From positions 28,966 through 92,965 of IMG/VR virus record IMGVR_UViG_3300035670_000102: a stretch of DNA of 64,000 nucleotides. One strand, given 5' to 3'. The notes beneath the pieces are model-generated. The model had not been told where the DNA came from. It saw only the letters and a list, made by a program, of their open reading frames with translations, and ran no database searches. The position numbers and the translations under genes are program-made. Below are positions 21,833 to 31,582 of this stretch, piece after piece. Source of the DNA: a virus. Position 1 is the first letter of the stretch, and the number at the start of each line of letters is the position of its first letter.

Positions 21833-23482
21833 ATGGCAAAACTTTTTGGTTTTTCAATTGAACCTAATGAGAAAAAACCAGATTCTATAGTTTCCCCCGT
21901 CCCCCCTAATAATGAGGACGGGGTTGATTATTTTATTCAATCTGGTTTTTATGGTCAATATGTAGATATTGAAGGGGTATACAGAACAGAATACGATTTA
22001 ATTCGTAGATATAGGGAAATGGCACTCCATCCAGAATGTGATGGGGCAATAGAAGATGTTGTAAATGAAGCTATAGTCAGTGATTTGTATGATTCTCCAG
22101 TAGAAATTGAATTAAGTAATTTAAATGCTAGCGATAAATTAAAAGAAATTATAAGATCTGAATTTAGATACATTAAAGAAATTATGGATTTTGATAAAAA
22201 ATGCCATGAGATCTTTAGAAATTGGTATATTGATGGGAGAATTTATTATCTCAAAGTTATAGATTTGAAGAAACCTGAAGAAGGTATTCAGGAATTGAGA
22301 TATATCGATCCAATGAAAATGAAACATATTCGCCAAGAAAAAAAGGATAAAAATAACGGATATGTGAACATAAACAGAGGTTATGAAGAAAATAAATTTC
22401 CAGAGATAGAAGAATATTTTGTTTATACACCAACTCCAAATTTTCCAGCTGGAACAATAAGTGGAGGATCTAAAAAAGGAGTAAAAATTGCAAAAGATGC
22501 AATTGCATATACTACTTCAGGTTTAGTAGATAGAAATAAAGGAACTATTCTTTCATATCTCCATAAAGCAATTAAAGCTCTTAATCAACTTAGAATGATT
22601 GAAGATTCGCTAGTCATTTATAGATTATCGAGAGCACCAGAACGTCGTATTTTTTATATCGATGTTGGCAACCTTCCAAAATTAAAGGCTGAACAATATC
22701 TAAAAGAAGTGATGTCTCGCTATAGAAACAAGTTAACTTATGATGCAAATACTGGAGAAGTACGAGATGATCGTAAGTTTATGAGTATGATGGAAGATTT
22801 TTGGCTTCCCCGTCGTGAAGGTGGTAGAGGAACTGAAATTACAACTCTTCCAGGTGGGCAAAATCTTGGAGAAATTACAGATATTAACTATTTTCAGAAA
22901 AAGCTTTATAGGGCACTAGGTGTACCTGAATCCAGAATTGCTGGAAGTGGTGATGGCTTTAATCTTGGAAGATCATCAGAAATTTTAAGAGATGAACTTA
23001 AATTTTCAAAATTTGTTGGACGCTTAAGAAAAAGATTTTCAAACATATTTAATGATTTGTTGCGCACTCAATTATTATTAAAAAATATAGTCTCAACAGA
23101 AGATTGGGACAAAATGACAGATCATATTCAATATGACTTTTTATATGACAATCATTTTGCAGAATTAAAAGAGGCAGAATTATTAACAAATAGATTAACA
23201 TTGGCAACAACAATTGAACCTTATATTGGTAAGTATTATTCAGTTGAATATGTACGTAGAAAAATATTAAGACAGACTGATACTGAAATTGTAGAAATTG
23301 ATATTCAAATTGATGATGAAATTCAAAAGGGTATTCTACCAGATCCAAATGCGCCTGTAGATGAGATGGGTAATCCATTACCACCAGAAGGAAGCGTACC
23401 TCCAGAAACAAATACTTCTGAAGTTATTGCAGAACCAGAAGTGCCTCCAGCCCCACCAGAACCTAAAGGTGGCAAAATATAA
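21833..23482 (+). CDS. g20: Portal vertex protein gp20
   Basis: YRLSRAPERRIFYIDVGNLPK, EDFWLPRREGGRGTEITTLPGGQNLG. Confidence 0.97.
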   Translation: MAKLFGFSIEPNEKKPDSIVSPVPPNNEDGVDYFIQSGFYGQYVDIEGVYRTEYDLIRRYREMALHPECDGAIEDVVNEAIVSDLYDSPVEIELSNLNASDKLKEIIRSEFRYIKEIMDFDKKCHEIFRNWYIDGRIYYLKVIDLKKPEEGIQELRYIDPMKMKHIRQEKKDKNNGYVNINRGYEENKFPEIEEYFVYTPTPNFPAGTISGGSKKGVKIAKDAIAYTTSGLVDRNKGTILSYLHKAIKALNQLRMIEDSLVIYRLSRAPERRIFYIDVGNLPKLKAEQYLKEVMSRYRNKLTYDANTGEVRDDRKFMSMMEDFWLPRREGGRGTEITTLPGGQNLGEITDINYFQKKLYRALGVPESRIAGSGDGFNLGRSSEILRDELKFSKFVGRLRKRFSNIFNDLLRTQLLLKNIVSTEDWDKMTDHIQYDFLYDNHFAELKEAELLTNRLTLATTIEPYIGKYYSVEYVRRKILRQTDTEIVEIDIQIDDEIQKGILPDPNAPVDEMGNPLPPEGSVPPETNTSEVIAEPEVPPAPPEPKGGKI

Positions 23483-23485
23483 ATA
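23478..23485 (+). promoter_or_regulatory. T4 late promoter TATAAATA
   Basis: Exact consensus overlapping the g20 stop codon. Confidence 0.75.
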
Positions 23486-23509
23486 ACTCTATAATAATAA
23501 TAAAATTGT

Positions 23510-23704
23510 ATGGAAAATGTTATCGATTTGATTGCAACGGATAGTTCACCATCTGAAATTTCAGATGCGATCAAGTCCGTTATCTATAGTAAAGCTATGG
23601 ATAGACTTGATGCTATAAAACCACAAATTGCTTCATCTCTTTTTGATTTAGATGATGAAAATGATAATGGTGAAAGTTCAGATGATTCAGAGGATTTAGA
23701 ATAA
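23510..23704 (+). CDS. Small acidic prohead core-like protein (gp67-like position)
   Basis: 64 aa with acidic tail, between g20 and g21. Confidence 0.6.
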   Translation: MENVIDLIATDSSPSEISDAIKSVIYSKAMDRLDAIKPQIASSLFDLDDENDNGESSDDSEDLE

Positions 23705-24234
23705 TGGCAGTAAAAATTGTTCAAACTGTTAATAAAATAACTGCAAACCCTGGAGTTGCTGGAACTAGCAATCCTATAGCGTTGAAAAGTGGATATATCA
23801 GGATTTCTATCGCATCTTCGGGAGTTGGTTGTTATGTTGCAACTGGAAATGATCCAGTAGCAACAACAAATGATTTTCACATTTCAACATATAGTGCTGA
23901 AGTATTAAAGGAAAGAATTGCCAGACAAAAAATTGTTGGCATTACTACCGGAACAACTACAACCGTCACTTTTGACAATAATGCAGGAAATCCATTTTTA
24001 TCAACGGATTATGTAACTATTCAAAATGCTCCAACTGCAGGAATTAATACAACACATAGATCCATAGTATCATTAACTGATTCATCTGTCACAATTAATT
24101 TTAATAGTTCTTCAATTACTTCACCAGATATTACTGGTGCAGATTTAGTCAGAAGTGTAAAAGTTTCCGCATACACAACAGATCCTAATATAGGCATTAG
24201 TGTTACAGAAATTGTTTCTCTAGTTTCCGAGTAA
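23704..24234 (+). CDS. Hypothetical virion-associated protein
   Basis: 176-aa T/S/I/V-rich ORF coupled to its neighbours in the head gene cluster. Confidence 0.7.
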   Translation: MAVKIVQTVNKITANPGVAGTSNPIALKSGYIRISIASSGVGCYVATGNDPVATTNDFHISTYSAEVLKERIARQKIVGITTGTTTTVTFDNNAGNPFLSTDYVTIQNAPTAGINTTHRSIVSLTDSSVTINFNSSSITSPDITGADLVRSVKVSAYTTDPNIGISVTEIVSLVSE

Positions 24235-24238
24235 AAAA

Positions 24239-24889
24239 ATGAAACTCATCACAGAAGAAGTACAACAGGTTAAGTTCATAACTGAAGGTAAAGGTACTGA
24301 AAAGAAAATGTTTATTGAAGGTATTTTCCTTCAGGGAGACATTTGCAATCGTAATGGAAGAATGTATCCTATGGAAACTCTTTCCCGCGAGGTTAAGAGA
24401 TATACAGAAGCATTTATTAATAAAGGACGTGCTCTTGGAGAACTTGGGCATCCAGATGGTCCAACCGTAAATCTTGATCGTGTTTCTCATAAAATTGTTT
24501 CTCTTGAACAAGATGGATGCAATTTTAAAGGAAAAGCTCAGATTCTTGAAACTCCCATGGGTAAAATTGCTAAATCTCTTTTAGATTCTGGCGTTTGTCT
24601 TGGTGTTTCTTCTCGTGGTGTTGGATCACTTCAAATGACTAATGAAGGTCATAAAGTTGTTGGTAAAGATTTTATGCTGGCAACTGCTGCTGATATTGTT
24701 GCAGATCCTTCTGCCCCTGATGCATTTGTTCAGGGAATTATGGAAGGTAAAGAATGGGTTTGGGAAGGAGGAATCCTTCGTGAAAAACTCGCAGAATCAA
24801 CAAAGCGTAGAATAAATACCCTAGTTGACGAAAGAAAACTTCAGGAACATAAGTTAAATTTATTCAATGAATTTCTTTCAAATCTTTAA
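24239..24889 (+). CDS. g21: Prohead core protease gp21
   Basis: NRNGRMYP, ALGELGHP, GVSSRGVGS, DIVADPSAPDAFV. Confidence 0.96.
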   Translation: MKLITEEVQQVKFITEGKGTEKKMFIEGIFLQGDICNRNGRMYPMETLSREVKRYTEAFINKGRALGELGHPDGPTVNLDRVSHKIVSLEQDGCNFKGKAQILETPMGKIAKSLLDSGVCLGVSSRGVGSLQMTNEGHKVVGKDFMLATAADIVADPSAPDAFVQGIMEGKEWVWEGGILREKLAESTKRRINTLVDERKLQEHKLNLFNEFLSNL

Positions 24890-24891
24890 TT

Positions 24892-24899
24892 TATAAATA
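24892..24899 (+). promoter_or_regulatory. T4 late promoter TATAAATA
   Basis: Exact consensus upstream of g22. Confidence 0.8.
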
Positions 24900-24928
24900 A
24901 ATATAGATTATAACACAATCAAACTAAA

Positions 24929-26116
24929 ATGTCCGTTGGTAGAAATTTACAAGAAATGGAAAACGTAGTAACCAAAGGGGCTGCACCTGCCGAACCAATG
25001 CACAATATTGCTCAGAATGCATCTGGAGTTGCAACTCCAGGTCAAACTGGTGCATGGGAAGATTTAGGTGGTCCTACTCCAGAAAATTACACAAACGATC
25101 CAGAAGGTCCAGCAAAACTTAAGGATCCAGGAGCAACTCTCGCTCAAGTTAGAGATGTTGTAAACGCTAAAGCCGTTAAAGCTTCTGCAGTTAAAGAAGA
25201 AACTGAAGAAGATGAAGAAGATCTTATTGATGAAGAAGAAATCGATGAAGAAGAAATCGATGAAGAAGAAATCGATGAAGATGAAGTAGTAGCAGAAGCT
25301 AAGAAAGAAGAGGAAGAAGAAGAGGAAGAAGAAGAGGAAGAAGGTGGTAAGAAAAAAGGTAAAAAGGAAATGGAAGAAGAGTTTGACATTGAGGAAGATG
25401 TCAATGCTCTCCTTGCTGGTGAAGAGCTTTCTGAGGAATTCCAGGAGAAAGCACGTACCATCTTTGAGGCCGCAATTCGCTCAAAAGTTTTTGAGATCAA
25501 AGAGTCTCTTCAAGAAACTTATGAATCTGCACTCGTAGAAGAGGTAGAATTTATTAAGCAAGAACTTATTGAGCGTGTTGACGCATACCTTGAATATGTT
25601 GCTGACGAGTGGATCCAAGAAAATGCACTCGCAGTTGAGCATGGTCTCAAGACCGAAATGACCGAATCATTCCTCCAAGGAATGAAGGGTCTTTTTGAAG
25701 ATCATTATGTTTCAATCCCTGAAGATAGATATGATGTAATCGAGAGTATGGTAGATAAACTTGATGAAATGGAAGAAAAACTCAACGAGCAAATCGAAAG
25801 AAATGTTGCTCTGAATAGAAGATTAGCAGAGTCGGTTGCTGATGTAATTTTTGCAGATGTCGCTGAGGGTCTTGCACTTTCTCAGAAGGACAAACTCGCT
25901 TCTCTTGCCGAAAATGTTGAGTTTGATGGTGAAGCAAACTATCGTGAGAAACTGGTAACTCTGAGGGAATCTTATTTCCCAACAAATACTGGTACTCAAA
26001 GAGATATGACTGAGAATTTATCAGAAGAAGTTTCTTATGAAGGAACTGAAGGTTCTTCAGTTTCCCCAACAATGGAAGCATATCTTCAAACTCTCAGCAG
26101 AGTCGCTAAAAAGTGA
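24929..26116 (+). CDS. g22: Prohead core scaffold protein gp22
   Basis: Glu-rich; LSEEFQEKARTIFEAA, VDAYLEYVADEW; lies between g21 and g23. Confidence 0.92.
   Translation: MSVGRNLQEMENVVTKGAAPAEPMHNIAQNASGVATPGQTGAWEDLGGPTPENYTNDPEGPAKLKDPGATLAQVRDVVNAKAVKASAVKEETEEDEEDLIDEEEIDEEEIDEEEIDEDEVVAEAKKEEEEEEEEEEEEGGKKKGKKEMEEEFDIEEDVNALLAGEELSEEFQEKARTIFEAAIRSKVFEIKESLQETYESALVEEVEFIKQELIERVDAYLEYVADEWIQENALAVEHGLKTEMTESFLQGMKGLFEDHYVSIPEDRYDVIESMVDKLDEMEEKLNEQIERNVALNRRLAESVADVIFADVAEGLALSQKDKLASLAENVEFDGEANYREKLVTLRESYFPTNTGTQRDMTENLSEEVSYEGTEGSSVSPTMEAYLQTLSRVAKK
25229..25342 (+). repeat. In-frame tandem repeats in g22 (GATGAAGAAGAAATC x3, then GAAGAGGAAGAA-type runs)
   Basis: Direct repeats visible; they encode DEEEI x3 and poly-E. 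Confidence 0.85.
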
Positions 26117-26166
26117 TTTTTAAATTATACAAATCAAACTAAAACTTTTTAAAAGAGGTAAAACCA

Positions 26167-27585
26167 ATGCAAATGTTCAACGCAGAATATTTGCAGGAGA
26201 AGTGGGCTCCAATCCTTGACTATCAGGGACTCGATGAAATCAAAGATTCACATCGTAGAGCTGTAACCGCTATCCTGCTCGAAAACCAAGAAAGAGAACT
26301 CCGTGAGTCACGCGAGTTCCTGTATGAGACTCCAACCAATTTCACTGCTTCATCTGCAGGCGCAGCTGGTTTTGGTGGTAGTGCTCAAGGATTTAGTGCT
26401 GGTCCTACTGCAGGTTTCGACCCTGTTTTGATCAGCCTCATCCGTCGTTCAATGCCTAACCTGATCGCGTATGATCTGTGTGGCGTTCAACCAATGAATG
26501 GTCCTACTGGACTTATCTTCGCAATGCGTTCGCGCTATAACAACCAGAGTGGTGCTGAGACCTTCTACAACGAAGTAGATTCTGCATTCTCCGGTCAAGA
26601 TGCTGGATTAAACGTTGAAACTGGTTTCAGTGGTGGAAGCGTTGGTATGGGTACTACCGCTCAGGGTGGATCCAATCCAAGTATTCTTGATGCTTCAAAC
26701 CAAGCAAACAACGCAGGTACAGGTGATAACCAGTACAACGTTGGTCAAGGTATGCGTACTGATAGTGCAGAGAATCTTGACGGAACTGGTGGTGATGCGT
26801 TCAACCAGATGGCATTCTCGATCGAGAAAGTCACTGTTACTGCTAAGTCACGTGCTCTGAAAGCTGAGTACTCGCTCGAACTCGCACAAGACCTGAAGGC
26901 AATTCACGGTCTGAATGCAGAAGCTGAGCTTGCTAACATCCTCAGCACTGAGATTCTCGCTGAAATCAACCGCGAAATCATCCGTACCATCTATAAGGTT
27001 GCTAAGCCTGGTGCTCAGGTTAACACCGCTACCGCTGGTACTTTTGACCTCGACGTTGACTCCAACGGTCGTTGGTCGGTTGAGAAGTTCAAAGGTCTTA
27101 TTTTCCAAATCGAGCGCGATGCAAACGCAATTGCACAGCAAACTCGTAGAGGAAAGGGTAACATGATCCTCTGCTCGGCTGACGTTGCTTCGGCACTCAC
27201 CATGGCAGGTGTTCTTGATTACACCCCAGCACTCAACTCTAACCTTCAGGTTGATGACACTGGTAATACCTTCGCTGGTGTTCTCCAAGGTAAGTATAGA
27301 GTCTACATTGACCCATATTCGGCAAACGTAAACGCCAATCAGTTCTACGTTGTTGGTTATAAGGGTGCATCTCCTTATGATGCTGGTCTTTTCTATTGCC
27401 CATATGTACCTCTCCAGATGGTACGTGCAGTTGGTCAAGATTCATTCCAGCCACGTATTGGATTCAAGACCAGATATGGTCTGGTTGCGAACCCATTTGC
27501 TGAGGGTATTACCCAAGGTCAAGGTGCTCTTACCACCAATGCAAACACCTACTACAGAAGAGTTAAGGTTGCCAACCTTATGTGA
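26167..27585 (+). CDS. g23: Major capsid protein gp23
   Basis: GVQPMNGPTGLIFAMRSRY, KSRALKAEYSLELAQDLKAIHGL, FYCPYVPLQ, FQPRIGFKTRYG. Confidence 0.98.
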   Translation: MQMFNAEYLQEKWAPILDYQGLDEIKDSHRRAVTAILLENQERELRESREFLYETPTNFTASSAGAAGFGGSAQGFSAGPTAGFDPVLISLIRRSMPNLIAYDLCGVQPMNGPTGLIFAMRSRYNNQSGAETFYNEVDSAFSGQDAGLNVETGFSGGSVGMGTTAQGGSNPSILDASNQANNAGTGDNQYNVGQGMRTDSAENLDGTGGDAFNQMAFSIEKVTVTAKSRALKAEYSLELAQDLKAIHGLNAEAELANILSTEILAEINREIIRTIYKVAKPGAQVNTATAGTFDLDVDSNGRWSVEKFKGLIFQIERDANAIAQQTRRGKGNMILCSADVASALTMAGVLDYTPALNSNLQVDDTGNTFAGVLQGKYRVYIDPYSANVNANQFYVVGYKGASPYDAGLFYCPYVPLQMVRAVGQDSFQPRIGFKTRYGLVANPFAEGITQGQGALTTNANTYYRRVKVANLM

Positions 27586-27603
27586 GTTAGTTTACAAGGT
27601 TAC

Positions 27604-27631
27604 AGGGGACCCCACTGGGGTCCTTTTTTTT
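27604..27631 (+). terminator. Intrinsic terminator after g23
   Basis: GGACCCC-act-GGGGTCC stem followed by T8; CTAAATA late-promoter variant directly after. Confidence 0.85.
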
Positions 27632-27657
27632 ATCTAAATACAAATAAAACTATAAGA

Positions 27658-28074
27658 ATGAAAACCTTCAAGCAGTTTATATCAGAAGCACCAGTTTTTG
27701 GTGCAATGGTCCAAACTAGTTCATATGGACCAGGTTTATATGGAAATCCAACTGCTTCAGGAGCAAAATTAACACCATCCACAAGAGGAGTTGCCCACAA
27801 ATCTTTACCTCTTGGAAGTCAAGTTAGAATTACAGATCCAAAAACTAAAAAATCAATAACTGCACCAGTAGTTGATCGAGGTCCTTATCATGGAAATCGT
27901 CAATATGATTTGACAACTCAAACAACAAAAGATCTGGGATATAAAGATTATAAACAATTTGGTGTAAGAACTCTCGATGTTTCTCCAATAAAAAAGGAAA
28001 AATCAAAAATTCCAGATTTAGGTGTAAAGGTTGATATGAGTATTCCCAAAATTATTCCTTCAAAAAGAAAATAA
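27658..28074 (+). CDS. RlpA-like (DPBB) lytic transglycosylase with capsid-targeting-like N-terminus
   Basis: SSYG..LYGNPTASG, VAHKSLPLGSQVRIT, VVDRGPY..RQYDLT match the RlpA DPBB pattern; starts MKTFKQFISEA. Confidence 0.8.
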   Translation: MKTFKQFISEAPVFGAMVQTSSYGPGLYGNPTASGAKLTPSTRGVAHKSLPLGSQVRITDPKTKKSITAPVVDRGPYHGNRQYDLTTQTTKDLGYKDYKQFGVRTLDVSPIKKEKSKIPDLGVKVDMSIPKIIPSKRK

Positions 28075-28602
28075 ATGGCATCCATAACATCATCACAAAT
28101 TTCAAATAGAAATTTTTTATCTCCAGTTGGATTTGAATTTAATATTATGAGACATCCTAAAATAACATTTTTTTGCAATTCTGCAAAACTTCCAGATATA
28201 ACTTTACCAACACTAACTCAACCATCATATTTGAAAGATATTGATATTGCCGGTAATAAAGTTGAATATGGAGATTTGGTGATTAAATTTTTAGTTGATG
28301 AAAATATGGTCAACTATATTGCAATACACAATTGGATAACTGGTATAGGATTTCCAGAGTCAACAGAGCAATATAAAAAATTAATAACTAATCAAGATGG
28401 TATATCCGATCCACTGATACAATTCAGTGATGGTATACTTAAGGTTTTAAATAGCAATTATGTACCATCGATCACAATTGCATTTAAAGATTTGTATCCT
28501 GTCAGTTTAACTCCTTTGGAATTTAGCTCAGATGTTCAGGATATTAAGTACTTTACAGCTCAAGCATCTTTCAAGTATACTATTTACGACATTGAAAATT
28601 AA
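28075..28602 (+). CDS. g3: Tail completion/terminator protein gp3
   Basis: NRNFLSPVGF, FLVDENMVNY..IHNWI, F.DLYPVSL. Confidence 0.88.
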   Translation: MASITSSQISNRNFLSPVGFEFNIMRHPKITFFCNSAKLPDITLPTLTQPSYLKDIDIAGNKVEYGDLVIKFLVDENMVNYIAIHNWITGIGFPESTEQYKKLITNQDGISDPLIQFSDGILKVLNSNYVPSITIAFKDLYPVSLTPLEFSSDVQDIKYFTAQASFKYTIYDIEN

Positions 28603-28607
28603 TACTT

Positions 28608-29039
28608 ATGAATCTTGAACAAATTCAGGAAATGTGGCAGAGAGATGCTGTCATTGACCCTGATAATTTACACGATGAATCTTTAAAAATTCCTCAACTT
28701 CACGCAAAATATTATACTGTATACAATACTATCACCTTATTAAGAGAAAAGGCAAGAGATACATACAATAGGGTCAAACTTGAACGATATAACTACTACA
28801 CCGGAAAGGCACCTGCAGAGGTTTATGTAGAAGAACCGTTTCCGTATAAGGTGAGAGATAAAGAGGCGTTACAGAGGCATATGGACGCCGATGAGAAGTT
28901 GAATAAAATTGATCTTAAAATCAGATATTATGATATTATGCTGAAGTTTCTTGAAGAAGTAATTAGATGCATTTCCAATCGCACTTACCAAATCAAGAAC
29001 AGTATTGAATGGCATCGATTCCAGTCGGGATTTAATTAA
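28608..29039 (+). CDS. uvsY: Recombination mediator UvsY
   Basis: ESLKIPQLHAKY, YYTGKA, I.NRTYQIKNSIEW.RFQSG. Confidence 0.9.
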   Translation: MNLEQIQEMWQRDAVIDPDNLHDESLKIPQLHAKYYTVYNTITLLREKARDTYNRVKLERYNYYTGKAPAEVYVEEPFPYKVRDKEALQRHMDADEKLNKIDLKIRYYDIMLKFLEEVIRCISNRTYQIKNSIEWHRFQSGFN

Positions 29040-29071
29040 TGAAATAAATATTCATAACTGATATGTTATGA

Positions 29072-30535
29072 ATGTCACATTTGATTATTTCAAAAAAGAA
29101 TGAGGTTTATCTGCACGTGGAAGCAGAACCTCATATCTACTATGAATTAAGAGACGCATTTCAGTTTGAAGTGCCGAACGCAAAGTTCGCTCCTGCTTAC
29201 AAGAATAAGTGGTGGGATGGTCACATTTATTTGTTTAATATCAATACACAAGAAATATACGTTGGTCTATTAGACAAACTTATAAGATTTTGTGAACAAC
29301 ATAATTATACTTATGAATTTAAAGACAATAAGTATTATGGTCTTCCTTTTGAGGTCAATGAGATGATTTCAAAGGAAGGTGTAAAAGATTATATGACTTC
29401 TATTTCAAAGTATGCTCCCCGTGACTACCAAGTTGAGGGAGTATACGACGCTTTAAGACATAATAGAAAGTTGATGATATCTCCAACTGCTTCTGGAAAG
29501 TCGTTGATGATATATTCAATTGTGAGATATTACGTTGAGAAAGAACAAAATATTCTGATAGTCGTTCCAACGACATCCCTTGTAGAGCAGATGTATAAAG
29601 ATTTTGCAGATTACGGATGGGATGTGGGGTCATTTTGCCACAAAATCTACGCCGGAAAGGAAAGAGAAACTGATTCTCAAGTAATTATTACAACTTGGCA
29701 ATCCATTTATAAACTACCCAAACAATATTTTTCAAGATTTAACGTGGTAGTTGGTGATGAAGCACATAATTTTAAATCCAAGTCATTAGTATCTATAATG
29801 ACAAAACTTTTCGATGCCAAGTATCGTTTTGGATTTACAGGAACACTTGATGGATCCCAAACTCATAAGTGGGTATTAGAAGGTTTATTTGGTCCTTCTT
29901 ATAAAATCATTCGCACAGATGAATTGATGCAAAAGGGTCATGTTGCCAAACTGGACATTAATATTCTTCTATTGAAACACCCACCAAATAAGTTTGAAAC
30001 GTTTGAAGATGAAGTTCAGTACATTATCAATCACGAGAAACGCAATAAGTTCATCAAGAACCTTGCCTTAGATCTTAAAGGTAATACTTTGATTCTATTT
30101 TCAAGAGTCGAAGGTCATGGACAACCTTTATATGAACTCATAAATAAGAGTATCGCTGAAAATCGTCATGTGTTTTTTGTTCACGGTGGTGTAGATACGG
30201 AAGATCGAGAAAAGGTCAGAGAAATTACTGAAAAGGAAAATAATGCAATCATTGTGGCATCATATGGAACTTTTAGTACGGGAATTAACATTAAGAATTT
30301 ACATAATGTTATTTTTGCTTCACCTTCAAAGTCTAGAATACGCAATCTCCAATCAATCGGAAGAGTCCTAAGAAAAAGTGATAGTAAAACAAAAGCAACT
30401 CTATATGACATTGCCGATGATATCAGTTATAAGTCAAGAAAAAATTATACACTTAACCACCTTATTGAAAGAATCAAAGTTTATAACGAAGAAAACTTCA
30501 ATTACGATATTGTAAACATACCGCTTAAAAACTAA
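29072..30535 (+). CDS. uvsW: DNA/RNA helicase UvsW
   Basis: SPTASGKS, DEAH, GFTGT, QSIGRVLR. Confidence 0.95.
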   Translation: MSHLIISKKNEVYLHVEAEPHIYYELRDAFQFEVPNAKFAPAYKNKWWDGHIYLFNINTQEIYVGLLDKLIRFCEQHNYTYEFKDNKYYGLPFEVNEMISKEGVKDYMTSISKYAPRDYQVEGVYDALRHNRKLMISPTASGKSLMIYSIVRYYVEKEQNILIVVPTTSLVEQMYKDFADYGWDVGSFCHKIYAGKERETDSQVIITTWQSIYKLPKQYFSRFNVVVGDEAHNFKSKSLVSIMTKLFDAKYRFGFTGTLDGSQTHKWVLEGLFGPSYKIIRTDELMQKGHVAKLDINILLLKHPPNKFETFEDEVQYIINHEKRNKFIKNLALDLKGNTLILFSRVEGHGQPLYELINKSIAENRHVFFVHGGVDTEDREKVREITEKENNAIIVASYGTFSTGINIKNLHNVIFASPSKSRIRNLQSIGRVLRKSDSKTKATLYDIADDISYKSRKNYTLNHLIERIKVYNEENFNYDIVNIPLKN

Positions 30536-30951
30536 TGGGAGAAGAATTTTACGCAATCATTAAATTAGTATCTGGTGAAGAAATATTTTCATTAATATGT
30601 CTTGATGAAAATGATGGAGATCCTGTCATTGTTCTTCAAAATCCAGTTATTATGAAATTATCACATACTGCTCAAGGATCTTATCTTAAAGTTAAATCTT
30701 GGATTGAAATGTCTAATGAAAACTTCTTCATAGTTAAATTAAATAAAATTATTACAATGACCGAATCAAAAGATGATACATTAATAAATGTCTATAATAA
30801 TTATATCTCAAATAGTTTTGAGGATGATGCAATAGATGTTTACAATCCTTCTGGCAAAGTAAAACCATCTTCGAAAATGGGATATATTTCTTCTGTTGAA
30901 GATGCTCGTAAAAAACTTGAAAATCTCTTTAAAGATCTTAAAGAAGGTTAG
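30535..30951 (+). CDS. Conserved hypothetical protein (Sm-like fold likely)
   Basis: IKLVSGEEI...LQNP...W pattern; position after uvsW. Confidence 0.7.
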   Translation: MGEEFYAIIKLVSGEEIFSLICLDENDGDPVIVLQNPVIMKLSHTAQGSYLKVKSWIEMSNENFFIVKLNKIITMTESKDDTLINVYNNYISNSFEDDAIDVYNPSGKVKPSSKMGYISSVEDARKKLENLFKDLKEG

Positions 30952-30978
30952 ATTTTTATCTTCAACGGGAACAAAGCG

Positions 30979-31007
30979 ATTCTACTTACATTTTTATGAT
31001 TTGTCAA
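30979..31007 (-). promoter_or_regulatory. Antisense sigma70-type promoter TTGACA-N17-TAGAAT
   Basis: Reverse complement of ATTCTA (30979-84), 17 nt, TGTCAA (31002-07). Confidence 0.65.
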
Positions 31008-31022
31008 GTCTTTGAAAATATA

Positions 31023-31031
31023 TGCTATAAT
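31023..31031 (+). promoter_or_regulatory. Extended -10 promoter TGnTATAAT for g55
   Basis: TGCTATAAT about 32 nt upstream of the g55 ATG. Confidence 0.6.
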
Positions 31032-31063
31032 AAACAAAAGTTATAACATTTGAGTAAAATGGT

Positions 31064-31582
31064 ATGTCAAGAAAAAAGACTGAGCATTACGTAAATAATA
31101 AAGAATTATTAGAAGCGATGATTGTTTATCGTTCTAAGGTTGAAAGTTCATTCTTGAAGAAGTATGATAGAAAACCAACTAAAGAAGATAGAGGAAAGCA
31201 TTGGGATGGTAAACCTTCGATTCCAAATTATCTTGGAGAATGTTTTTTGAAGATCGCCACTCATTTATCATATAAACCAAATTTTGTTAATTATATGTTT
31301 AGGGATGATATGATCTCTGACGGAATTGAAAATTGCGTCCAATACATTCACAATTTTGATCCAGAAAAATCAAAGAATCCTTTTGCCTACTTCACTCAGA
31401 TTATTCACTACGCATTCCTGAGAAGAATTCAAAAGGAAAAGAAGCAGTTGGATATTAAGACCAAGATCATTGAACGCACAGGGTTTGATGAGGTTATGAT
31501 GGTTGACGATAGCTTGCTTTCTGGCAGCAGTTCGGACTATAATACCATTAAAGATAATATTCAATACAGAAATAACAGATGA
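31064..31582 (+). CDS. g55: Late-transcription sigma factor gp55
   Basis: HYVNNKELL, LSYKPNFVNYMFRDDMISDGIENC, NPFAYFTQI..YAFLRRI. Confidence 0.95.
   Translation: MSRKKTEHYVNNKELLEAMIVYRSKVESSFLKKYDRKPTKEDRGKHWDGKPSIPNYLGECFLKIATHLSYKPNFVNYMFRDDMISDGIENCVQYIHNFDPEKSKNPFAYFTQIIHYAFLRRIQKEKKQLDIKTKIIERTGFDEVMMVDDSLLSGSSSDYNTIKDNIQYRNNR

Noticed and set aside
25144-25500. Poly-Ser minus-strand ORF
   Set aside because: It is simply the reverse complement of the GAA-rich acidic linker of g22.
26848-27438. 196-aa minus-strand ORF inside g23, and other short ORFs overlapping core genes
   Set aside because: Shadow ORFs of highly biased core genes with no protein-like features.
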